From: Escherichia phage Bp4 | Direction: 5' to 3' (one strand) | DNA length: 64,000 bases | Sequence record: NC_024142.2 | In this document: positions 1 to 8,483 of the stretch, one piece after another | How positions within the stretch are numbered: position 1 is the stretch's first letter | Layout: each line of letters starts with the position of its first letter | Made by a program: the position numbers and the translations under genes | Notes under the pieces: generated by a model | Databases searched by the model: none | What the model saw: only the letters and a program-made list of their open reading frames with translations | Told to the model about the DNA's origin: nothing

Positions 1-268
1 CGTTCTCTGAATCCTTGCAGAATTCCTCGATACTTTTCTTACGCAGAGTCTCAGTCATAGCTGTTTCCTCTGCCAGTTTATTAACAAAGGTATGCATTTC
101 TAATTTAGTACGAATGGCTTGTTTCTCTGCCATAGTACTTACATATGAATTAAGCATACCTACTGCTTTAGTTGCTGTACCGAAGGTATCTGCAACAGTA
201 GTAGCAGCTGAGTTAACAGTACCAAGTAAAGTTCCTGCGGTCATACGTACAGTAGCTTGAGTAGTCAT
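1..268 (-). CDS. hypothetical protein, 3' end truncated by window edge
   Basis: Minus-strand frame opens with ATG at 268-266 (MTTQATVRMTAGTLLG...) and runs past position 1 without a stop; the plus ORF 15..260 is its antisense shadow. Confidence 0.35.
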   Translation of the reverse strand, partial: MTTQATVRMTAGTLLGTVNSAATTVADTFGTATKAVGMLNSYVSTMAEKQAIRTKLEMHTFVNKLAEETAMTETLRKKSIEEFCKDSEN

Positions 269-469
269 GATGATAGCTCCAATAGTTGATGATAGGACGA
301 CATGTCCATAACATGCGGAGCATGTGTAACGTGTAAGGTGGGGTAGGGTAGTGGCTACACCGTCAACATACCGGGGGGGATGGTTGAGTGTAAGGGTGTA
401 GCCCCAGCCACACCACTGTAGCCATACATAACTATGCTACTTTTCATATGCAAAAATATGATAGCTATC

Positions 470-796
470 CTACTTATAAGCAGTTAAATAGGAGGAAGGA
501 ATCTGGGAGAGGATGTAGTCATAGTAATAGCAATATGCTTCACTATTGGTAGAGTTTATAGGCATACCTATGTAGTCAAACACCCATAAACAGAAATGAT
601 TGAGTTCGTGGATGAGTGTATGTAAAGGTTCCTTGAAGATACCAATCAATACACGATTACCAGAGTAAGTAGTATACCCTTTACAACCTTCCAAGTCTGG
701 CTCATACCCTTTAAGTTTCTTGTACTTTTTAATGAAGGTATCCCGGTCGAGTACTACTTCTAACTGCACCGGATAGGGTGATGTGTTTAGTTTCAT
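470..796 (-). CDS. small HExxH-motif (zincin-like) protein; may be the 3' part of a frameshifted gene with 729..1004
   Basis: ORF contains HTLIHELNHF (HExxH); 68-nt overlap with upstream ORF 729..1004 in another frame. Confidence 0.45.
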   Translation of the reverse strand: MKLNTSPYPVQLEVVLDRDTFIKKYKKLKGYEPDLEGCKGYTTYSGNRVLIGIFKEPLHTLIHELNHFCLWVFDYIGMPINSTNSEAYCYYYDYILSQIPSSYLTAYK

Positions 797-1004
797 TGTC
801 TTTCCTTATAGATTGGGGTGTTATCCTCGAAGGATAGGATGTACTTGTCTGTATTGAGATGCCATGGACTGAATCTACCCTGCCAGGACATTGGTGTACC
901 TGGTTCAAGTAGATGTACTTCTGCTTTCTTATTGTGTAAGAAAAGCAATCCTTGTAGTTCATGCAAGGACTGTTCGTCTGGAACCAGGATAAGTATATCA
1001 GCAT
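729..1004 (-). CDS. hypothetical protein or 5' segment of the HExxH gene
   Basis: Only open minus-strand frame filling the gap between 796 and 1076; composition rather low-complexity. Confidence 0.25.
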   Translation of the reverse strand: MLIYLSWFQTNSPCMNYKDCFSYTIRKQKYIYLNQVHQCPGRVDSVHGISIQTSTSYPSRITPQSIRKDNETKHITLSGAVRSSTRPGYLH

Positions 1005-1075
1005 CTAGGTTAGCTACTTTTTATGGTGGGTGTATTCATCCCAAGGTATTTCTGAATAAATTTTACTGATAACCA

Positions 1076-1306
1076 TTAGCAGCTCTCGTCGCTAGATAAA
1101 TATGAGGTAGAAGGATACAGGGTAATTAGTCTACCTGTTAGGGTAGTAACTACCATAGGTTCACAAGAGGAGTAGATGTATACAACTACATTCTCTGGAA
1201 CTTCGATGGAAGTATCTATTTTAATAAAGGTAATAGGTACACCCAACATGAGGCAGGTTCCGATGAACTCATCTGCTTTTTCGCATTGTTCGTAGTACAT
1301 GGTCAT
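1076..1306 (-). CDS. small protein, paralog family member A
   Basis: Shares core motif ADEFIGTCLMLG with three downstream ORFs. Confidence 0.45.
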   Translation of the reverse strand: MTMYYEQCEKADEFIGTCLMLGVPITFIKIDTSIEVPENVVVYIYSSCEPMVVTTLTGRLITLYPSTSYLSSDESC

Positions 1307-1395
1307 AGGCGTGCTTATTCTAATCCAGTGAGATTTACCTACCCCAGATTAAGGGGACTGGTACTACGATAACTCAAACCATAGAAGCGCATACC

Positions 1396-1710
1396 TTACT
1401 TCCTTACATAGTAGTAACGGGATTCACCATCCTCATAGCGACAATCCCATTGGTAATCATCAGACACCATCATGTATGGGATAGGTTCCCCGGAGTTAAA
1501 GTTGGTATAGACAGATGGAGGAACAATACATACAACCTTACGGTCATTACCTGCTAAGAAGAGTTGACCCCTTACCTCATGGTAGTCCTCTAAAGTAGGA
1601 ACCAGGATTACTTGCTGGGGGTTGCTGTCCATGACTTCTTCTAAAGTGAAGTCTCCTGCATACATAGCCCCCCTTCCAGTAAAACTAGGGATGGTCATTA
1701 TGAATTTCAT
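1396..1710 (-). CDS. small protein, paralog family member B
   Basis: Core motif LEDYHEVRGQLFLAG; likely start at the internal Met (MTIPSF, about 1698). Confidence 0.45.
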   Translation of the reverse strand: MKFIMTIPSFTGRGAMYAGDFTLEEVMDSNPQQVILVPTLEDYHEVRGQLFLAGNDRKVVCIVPPSVYTNFNSGEPIPYMMVSDDYQWDCRYEDGESRYYYVRK

Positions 1711-2074
1711 GATTGGTTCTCCTTCCTTTAGGGATAGGTCTGAAGTAAATGGAAAGTGTTTTATTAAAGACGTTACGGGAAGCTATCAATTCCCAACCGG
1801 GTACTTTATAGAAGCGTATACCAGGGAAGAACTCTTTGAACCCGCCATAACGGGTGAGGTCATACACCTTTGGTTCGGTAAGTATCTCAGTATTGAGTTG
1901 TAGGTTTGATAAGAAAAGAGAGCCAACAATCTCATGGGACTCTTCACAGTTAGGTAAGAACACAGATTGCCAGGGAGCAATGAACTTACTTACTGTTTCT
2001 GGTTCCCCAAGTAGATAAGGTTCTTGCTTATGAAGTACTCCGGTAATATCAATATCAAAAGCGTAGATGCTCAT
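1685..2074 (-). CDS. small protein, paralog family member C
   Basis: Core motif CEESHEIVGSLFLSN. Confidence 0.45.
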   Translation of the reverse strand: MSIYAFDIDITGVLHKQEPYLLGEPETVSKFIAPWQSVFLPNCEESHEIVGSLFLSNLQLNTEILTEPKVYDLTRYGGFKEFFPGIRFYKVPGWELIASRNVFNKTLSIYFRPIPKGRRTNHEIHNDHP

Positions 2075-2273
2075 AATTGCATTCCTCCAGAAAAAGAAAT
2101 GGGGTAGAGCCTCTCGACTCTACCCTTACCGTTTTCAATCACGGGTCAGTTCATCACCCTAGATACATGTGTATCGTTAGCCTACTAGGTAGGAAAGGAG
2201 CCGGGCAACCCTGACTGTAGAAGTTATTAACTCTTTACGAGTACCGCCACTGTCTACTAGGCGGCATGACTAA

Positions 2274-2564
2274 TCACATCGTCACCGTCATCCGAACACT
2301 GTCTTTGCTTCGCCTGACGGAGACACTATGAGGTAATTTTGTGAAGAACACAATAGCTGAAGGGCGTTTTTCTAAAGAGTAAGTTTCTCTTGGTTCTAGG
2401 ATTTTAATGCCTGGACGATTCTCTAAAAGCATCATCCCAGCTAATTCATGGTAGGTATCTTCATCATGTGTGATGATAATATCATCTGAAAGGATACCTG
2501 CTTTGGTGTGGTCTATCTCTGCGTATTCATCTTTGGAGTCATGGACTCTCATATAGATTCTCAA
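2274..2564 (-). CDS. small protein, paralog family member D
   Basis: Core motif DEDTYHELAGMMLLEN. Confidence 0.45.
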   Translation of the reverse strand: MRIYMRVHDSKDEYAEIDHTKAGILSDDIIITHDEDTYHELAGMMLLENRPGIKILEPRETYSLEKRPSAIVFFTKLPHSVSVRRSKDSVRMTVTM

Positions 2565-2733
2565 AGGTTACTCCTTTTGGGAATAGGGTCATCGGAACAT
2601 TACATACTATTTAGTATCATGAACTTTTTCTATATCATGACTAAAGTGTAACTGTATGGTATCGTTTCTTCAAGGGTAACTCACCCCAAGAAAGAATCTT
2701 CTTTAATAGACATAACTTTGTAGCGAGATAAGT

Positions 2734-3423
2734 ATGAGTGAACTAACTAAGCAGCAGATTGTTAATGCCTTACCTGCTAACTTCAAAAACAGTGTGACCC
2801 AGGAGTTGGTAGACACGATCAACAACATAACCCAAGACCAACTGGTTGCTGAGTCTTTCCGTGAAAACTTTATCTCCTACTCTGGTGTAATGAAGGAAGG
2901 TAAGTTCAAGACACAGGACTACATGAATGCAGTTCAGTATGTGACTTATAAACACATGGGCTATTCAAATAAGGAAGCCTACTTCAAGACATTCCCTAAC
3001 CGACAAGCAGAACTTGTTGCACGAGGAACCAGCGAGAAAGATATTAGTGCTTATGTATCTGCATATCACAGAGGTAAGTTAGTTAACCTCATCATGGAAC
3101 AAAGTTTGGTTCCAGTGTGGATTGTGAACCAGGACAATTATCAGAAGGCAATCAATGTTCAGGTTGAACTGATGACTTCAGCAGCAAGTGAGAAGGTAAG
3201 ATGTGATGCAGCTAACTCTATCCTTACTCATTTGGCTAAACCAAAGGACCAGGTAACAAATATCAATCTGGATTTAAGAGAGAACTCTGGGTTAACTGAC
3301 CTCAAGGCAACACTTGCTGCATTAGCTGAACAACAAATCAATGCAATCAATAGTGGTGTACCCACCAAAGAGGTTGCTGGTTCTAAACTAGTACGTGCTG
3401 ATGAGGACATTACAGATGTCTGA
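2734..3423 (+). CDS. hypothetical protein, possibly terminase small subunit (position only)
   Basis: 229-aa ORF immediately upstream of and overlapping the large terminase start. Confidence 0.35.
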   Translation: MSELTKQQIVNALPANFKNSVTQELVDTINNITQDQLVAESFRENFISYSGVMKEGKFKTQDYMNAVQYVTYKHMGYSNKEAYFKTFPNRQAELVARGTSEKDISAYVSAYHRGKLVNLIMEQSLVPVWIVNQDNYQKAINVQVELMTSAASEKVRCDAANSILTHLAKPKDQVTNINLDLRENSGLTDLKATLAALAEQQINAINSGVPTKEVAGSKLVRADEDITDV

Positions 3424-5005
3424 GTTAATTAAACAGGAACTGGATGAATGGCTAGACCAGGTGGATTACTCCCACCTAAACTCTTCCAACTATGTTCCCA
3501 GTCAGTTTGCTCTTACCTTTGCCAACTTTATTAAGTTGGTTAATGGCAAAGAAGGTGAATCCAACAAAACACCCCCAGTTCACTTGAAGATGCTTGATAA
3601 GATGATTAGCCCGAACCAGTATGTAGTTAACCTGTGCTTCCGTGGTGCAGGTAAGACTGCTGTGTTTATGGAATACTTTACTTTGTTCCTGGCAGTGTTT
3701 GGTCACTTACCAAGTCTGGGTAAAGTAGAGGGAATGATTTACGTATCTGACTCAATGGATAACGGTGCTAAGTCTGCACGTAAGAACATTGAGTTTCGTT
3801 ATAAGAATAGTGAGTTCCTACAGCAATGGATACCTGAAGCTACTTTTACGGATAACCTACTGGAGTTCCGTAATGTAGAAGGGCATCGTCTTGGTGTTAA
3901 GCTGTTTGGTGCTAAGACAGGTCTTCGTGGTACGAAGATATATGGTAAGCGTCCAACACTCTGTGTACTAGATGACTTGATTAGTGATGGTGATGCTAAC
4001 TCCAAGACTAGCATGGAAGCTATTAAAGACACCGTTTATAAAGGTGTGAACCATGCTCTTGACCCAACTCGTCGTAAAGTAATCTTCAATGGTACTCCTT
4101 TTAATAAGGAAGACATTATCATTGAAGCAGTTGAGTCTGGTGCATGGGATGTCAACGTATGGCCTGTATGTGAGAAGTTCCCTTGTAGTAAAGAAGAATT
4201 TCAGGGTGCATGGGATGACCGTTTCTCTTACGACTACATTAAAGCCCAATATGACATGGCAGTTAAGACTGGTAAGTTGGCTGGCTTCTATCAGGAACTT
4301 ATGCTCCGTATTAGCTCTGAAGATGAGAGACTGGTTCAGGATAGTGAAATTAGATGGTATAGCAGACAGCAACTATTAAGGATGAAGTCCTGCTACAACT
4401 ATTATATTACAACTGACTTTGCTACATCGGAGAAACAGACCAGTGACTATAGTGTCATATCAGTTTGGGCTTATAGTTCTAATGGAGATTGGTTCTGGGT
4501 TGATGGTGTGGCTAATCGTCAGCTTATGGATAAAAACTTTGATGACCTGTTCCGTCTGGTTCAAGAATACCAACCACAAAACGTTGGTGTCGAAATCACA
4601 GGGCAGCAAGGTGGATTCATTTCGCTCCTTCAGAAAGAAATGATTAACCGTAATGTCTTCTTTAACTTTGCATCTTCTGAAGGTGGTAAGCCGGGTATAC
4701 GTCCTGTAACCTCTAAGCTGTCACGCTTTAACCTGGTAGTTCCATGGTTCAAAGCTGGTAAGATGTACTTCCCGGAAGAGTTGAGAGATTCAACTATTAT
4801 GGGTCTGTTCATGGGCCAGATTAAACTAGCTACCATTAATGGAATCAAAGGTAAGGATGACTGTATTGATACTATCTCCATGCTGGGTTATCTCAATCCT
4901 TGGAAACCACAAGCAGGTATGACTCTGGTGGATAACAAAGGTGACCCAATGTGGGATGATGAAGAAGAAGATAGTGTTAACCCACTTCGTTCATACATTG
5001 TGTGA
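3416..5005 (+). CDS. terL: terminase large subunit
   Basis: Walker A-like CFRGAGKTAV near N-terminus, ~530 aa, position at head of the structural module; ATG at 3416 (MSELIKQ). Confidence 0.85.
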   Translation: MSELIKQELDEWLDQVDYSHLNSSNYVPSQFALTFANFIKLVNGKEGESNKTPPVHLKMLDKMISPNQYVVNLCFRGAGKTAVFMEYFTLFLAVFGHLPSLGKVEGMIYVSDSMDNGAKSARKNIEFRYKNSEFLQQWIPEATFTDNLLEFRNVEGHRLGVKLFGAKTGLRGTKIYGKRPTLCVLDDLISDGDANSKTSMEAIKDTVYKGVNHALDPTRRKVIFNGTPFNKEDIIIEAVESGAWDVNVWPVCEKFPCSKEEFQGAWDDRFSYDYIKAQYDMAVKTGKLAGFYQELMLRISSEDERLVQDSEIRWYSRQQLLRMKSCYNYYITTDFATSEKQTSDYSVISVWAYSSNGDWFWVDGVANRQLMDKNFDDLFRLVQEYQPQNVGVEITGQQGGFISLLQKEMINRNVFFNFASSEGGKPGIRPVTSKLSRFNLVVPWFKAGKMYFPEELRDSTIMGLFMGQIKLATINGIKGKDDCIDTISMLGYLNPWKPQAGMTLVDNKGDPMWDDEEEDSVNPLRSYIV

Positions 5006-5011
5006 GGAACC

Positions 5012-5722
5012 ATGCAGAAATTATCGGAAGTATACCGTGGCTTGGCACTAAGTACCTTGAAGGGTACTGGTGCAGTCACTGATGACAAATTAGATATTGA
5101 ACCAGATAGTAAGCCAGAGATATTAGCTGCTATTAATGAAGGGCTGGTACGACTACATAGTCGTTTCCCTCTTAGAACTAATAGCTGCATTGTGGAGATG
5201 AAAGAAGGTCGTACTGATTACCCTCTTCAATCCAAGTATGCTTACTCCAGATTTACTAAGCCTACTCTTGAGATTCAATATCCATACATCATGGATGGGT
5301 TCATGAAACCTTTCCAGGATGACGTTATTAAAATCTTAAATGTGTTTGATAACTCGGGGAATCGCCGTAGACTTAACGACGACTCAGACCCTCATGCAAT
5401 TTTCACCCCTCGGCCTGATACTATTCAGTGTATGCGACCTCGACACTTCGAGGCACTTAACGTAACTTATCAAGCTAAGCACCCAGTACTTACTGGTGAT
5501 GAAGAACAGGAAGTTGACTTAGCAGACACACTAATGACAGCACTTCATAACTGGGTGGGTTATCGTTACCACACTGGTTTGAATACTCCGGAAGCTAATG
5601 CTAAGGCAGCAGAGTATCTGCAAACGTATGAAAGCATCTGTGGTGAGGTTGTTGATTACGACCTGGCTAATGGAAGTATTTCAATTACCGAAACTAAATT
5701 TGAACAACGAGGATGGCGATGA
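5012..5722 (+). CDS. virion structural protein (hypothetical)
   Basis: 236-aa ORF in the structural module, tightly packed. Confidence 0.45.
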   Translation: MQKLSEVYRGLALSTLKGTGAVTDDKLDIEPDSKPEILAAINEGLVRLHSRFPLRTNSCIVEMKEGRTDYPLQSKYAYSRFTKPTLEIQYPYIMDGFMKPFQDDVIKILNVFDNSGNRRRLNDDSDPHAIFTPRPDTIQCMRPRHFEALNVTYQAKHPVLTGDEEQEVDLADTLMTALHNWVGYRYHTGLNTPEANAKAAEYLQTYESICGEVVDYDLANGSISITETKFEQRGWR

Positions 5723-7515
5723 ACGCACACACTCCCTTTGATGCAAAACAGGATTGGACCAATCCATACTGCCAGAATAGTTCCAATGACCCTATGGTAG
5801 ATGCACTACTTGGTAATGCTTACCATGTGGTTCGTACTGTCTACTGTAACCTGGGTAACCTGAAACTTATCTATGACTTCCTTAACCAGTATGGAATGGT
5901 ACTTGGTGTACAGTCTGAAGCAGAACTTAAAGCATTAACTACTAAAGCTAAGTATGCACGTATCTACGGCTTCTCTCGTACAGGTGACCGTCAGGTAACT
6001 GACTACTTATACGTAGAGGGTGACCGTACAGGTATTTTACCCGATGACACTACTGCAACCGGTTCATGGATTACTGTTGCTACTTCTGGCTCTACTGGTG
6101 GTGGTGGTACTTCTTCCAGTGAAGGTGCTTATATTCCTTGGGTATACAGCAATGGTTCCGCTACTGGTGGTGAAACCACAATTAACGTACCTGACGGTAC
6201 TGTGGGTGTACCTTTTATCATTATTAATGGTGACATGCAGTATGTAGGGCGAGGCTTTGAGTTTAACGCAGATAACCTGTCCGTAACTCTGGCTCAGCCT
6301 CTGGAAGAGGGTGATGAAGTAGTATTCCTTCTGACTGGGGTTCCTGCTGTACCAGATAATCCTAACGTTAACGACTGGGTTCAGATTAATTGGTTATACA
6401 ACAATGGTGCTGCTGTAGGAGGTGAGCAGGTTATTGCTATCCCTTATACCTTCCAGTCTATTCCTGCCGTGTATAAGAATGGACTTCGTTTGTATAAAGG
6501 ATTAACTACTGAGTCCTATACTGCTGACCCGGATAGCCAACGTATACTTCTTACTGAACCACTGACAACCAATGACCGGTTGATTGTGCAAATTGGTGGG
6601 GAAGCACAGGTACTGGAAGCATCAGACCATACTCTTCAGGAAGTTGCTCGTGCTGCTAATGTTAAAGATAGTGAAGTAATCCTTAGTACTGATACTTCTC
6701 AGATACTTAATGGTAAAAAGGTAATTTTTGATGTAGCTACCCAACACTGCTATGCCTTACCTACTTTGCCCAGTAATGTTTATATTACGTCTGTTAATGA
6801 AGGTCAGTTAACATTTTCCCCGGGTAATATAACAGTTGATTTGTTACCACTGGTTGACTCAAAGGAAAACATTGTTGCTGTGGTTAAGGATATCTATTCA
6901 CAGTCAACTGGTTCGGTATCCGTTGGGCATGGTTCAAGAACTGTTGCTGACAATCTAGATGATATCAAGCATTCAGCTAACTACCCTGATTTACAAGCTG
7001 CAATTGACGCTACAAATCCACGTGATGATCTGCTCATTACAGCAGGTACATACCCAGGTGGGTATACTTCAGGTAATGCAAACCTAATCGGTGTAGGTTA
7101 TGGTGTCAATTTTACCCCGGGTATTGGTAAAACTTCTCTTACACTTTCCGAGTCTTCTCGTTTATGGCAATACCGCCATGCGGAAAACTTTCTAATAACT
7201 GGGTCAGTAGATGTACCACAGGGCATCGGCATTACTTTTGGTGGTTCGCCTACACCGAACCTGGATGGGCGTTGGAATTTTAAACACATTGCATTTGACG
7301 GGCTTGACATTGGTGTATTTAAACCTAAAGGGAATATTGGTAATACATACCAACACTGCAGCTATTTAGGGTGTAATTACGGGCATAAAACTGAGTCAGA
7401 TCCAAATATGCACGTGGGGCTGATACATGGAGGGATTGCCATTTTGCAGGCATCAATACTTATGGTATTTACCTTAACGGTTCTGTTGGTGGCCCTGCTC
7501 CAGGTGGTGGTCTAG
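5713..7515 (+). CDS. tail/appendage protein, N-terminal segment (frame broken at GGGG 7416-7419)
   Basis: Gly/Thr/Ser-rich beta-type composition; C-terminal ~30 residues are hydrophobic out-of-frame read-through; the protein continues in frame 0 from about 7395. Confidence 0.5.
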   Translation: MAMNAHTPFDAKQDWTNPYCQNSSNDPMVDALLGNAYHVVRTVYCNLGNLKLIYDFLNQYGMVLGVQSEAELKALTTKAKYARIYGFSRTGDRQVTDYLYVEGDRTGILPDDTTATGSWITVATSGSTGGGGTSSSEGAYIPWVYSNGSATGGETTINVPDGTVGVPFIIINGDMQYVGRGFEFNADNLSVTLAQPLEEGDEVVFLLTGVPAVPDNPNVNDWVQINWLYNNGAAVGGEQVIAIPYTFQSIPAVYKNGLRLYKGLTTESYTADPDSQRILLTEPLTTNDRLIVQIGGEAQVLEASDHTLQEVARAANVKDSEVILSTDTSQILNGKKVIFDVATQHCYALPTLPSNVYITSVNEGQLTFSPGNITVDLLPLVDSKENIVAVVKDIYSQSTGSVSVGHGSRTVADNLDDIKHSANYPDLQAAIDATNPRDDLLITAGTYPGGYTSGNANLIGVGYGVNFTPGIGKTSLTLSESSRLWQYRHAENFLITGSVDVPQGIGITFGGSPTPNLDGRWNFKHIAFDGLDIGVFKPKGNIGNTYQHCSYLGCNYGHKTESDPNMHVGLIHGGIAILQASILMVFTLTVLLVALLQVVV

Positions 7516-7520
7516 ATGGA

Positions 7521-8435
7521 TTGGCAATTCGTGATTGCATCATGGAGGCAAGCCCAGGTGGTGGCATTTATTTTAAAGGCAATGGATTAGCTCCTGTAGT
7601 ACCACCTACCATCAGCAATGTATGGTTCGAATTGGTAGCCACTGCAGACACAGTAACTGTTGACGGAGTTCCGCAAGCACCTAGACAGTTGAAACTAGAA
7701 AACGTTCCGGTAACTGTTGCAGAGGGATGCTATTTTAACAATATTGAGTTAATAAACTCTACTCTAGTGGCGAAAAACTGCAGGTTTGATAATGCGTCCG
7801 GTGTGTATGACATTAATGTCAATTCCGGTAGTCAAATCATTGCACATGACCTGATTGTTGGTGGCTCTGTTGGGCCAAAGGTTTTTGTAGAATCTGTATC
7901 GGATGTGTCATTCCCTGTTGCTAATAGTCTGGATTTATCCTTAAGAGGAACCTGTCTGAAAGGACGAATTAAGAGGCTTTCCAATGGTCAGGCAATGCTA
8001 TCTGAATCTTTCGCTGGTGCAGGTCCATGGCAGTTCCTGGGTACTTCTACTGTTGATGCAACTTCCGTAACGGATGGTGTATTGTCAGACACTTGCGGTC
8101 AAATAGTAGTACCAGCAGGAGCTACAGTAATGCTAAATGTACCCGCTAGTTTGGCTCAGTACTACACCCTAGTTTGGGGAGCAAGCCTGAAATTGGTATC
8201 CGGCGATGTAACAGCAACTCTATCGGATAGTATTAATATAGGTAGCTTGTATACCAGTACTGGTGAATGGGTGCACACCTTTGGGGTTGGGCAGTTAGGT
8301 ACTGCTGGTACAGTTAAACTAACCTTTTCCTCCGTGGCAGGTTGCGTTTTACGTATGAGTGATGTGTTTGTTGCTCAGTTTGCTAACAAGTATGATGCAT
8401 ATAATTTTGCTAACTCTCGTATGTCTATTGGCTAA
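7521..8435 (+). CDS. tail/appendage protein, C-terminal segment of the same gene
   Basis: Frame 0 is open from 7395 (…ARGADTWRDCHFAGINTYGIYLNG…); adding one G to the G4 run joins both ORFs into one ~900-aa protein. Confidence 0.5.
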   Translation: MAIRDCIMEASPGGGIYFKGNGLAPVVPPTISNVWFELVATADTVTVDGVPQAPRQLKLENVPVTVAEGCYFNNIELINSTLVAKNCRFDNASGVYDINVNSGSQIIAHDLIVGGSVGPKVFVESVSDVSFPVANSLDLSLRGTCLKGRIKRLSNGQAMLSESFAGAGPWQFLGTSTVDATSVTDGVLSDTCGQIVVPAGATVMLNVPASLAQYYTLVWGASLKLVSGDVTATLSDSINIGSLYTSTGEWVHTFGVGQLGTAGTVKLTFSSVAGCVLRMSDVFVAQFANKYDAYNFANSRMSIG

Positions 8436-8438
8436 ACA

Positions 8439-8456
8439 GACTGCCTTCGGGGCAGT
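8439..8456 (+). terminator. terminator-like hairpin after tail gene
   Basis: CTGCC-TTCG-GGCAG stem-loop followed by a T-rich stretch. Confidence 0.35.
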
Positions 8457-8483
8457 TCCTTATAGAAAAACAATGAGGTTTAT

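Noticed and set aside
15-260. Plus-strand 81-aa ORF at the window start
   Set aside because: Antisense to a more protein-like minus-strand frame that starts at 268 and runs off the window; low-complexity composition
818-1069. Plus-strand 83-aa ORF
   Set aside because: Cys/Ser-rich junk-like composition; lies opposite minus-strand coding sequence in a minus-strand operon
6020-6247. Leu/Val-rich 75-aa ORF inside the tail gene
   Set aside because: Alternate-frame read of a Gly/Thr-rich region; typical overprinting artefact
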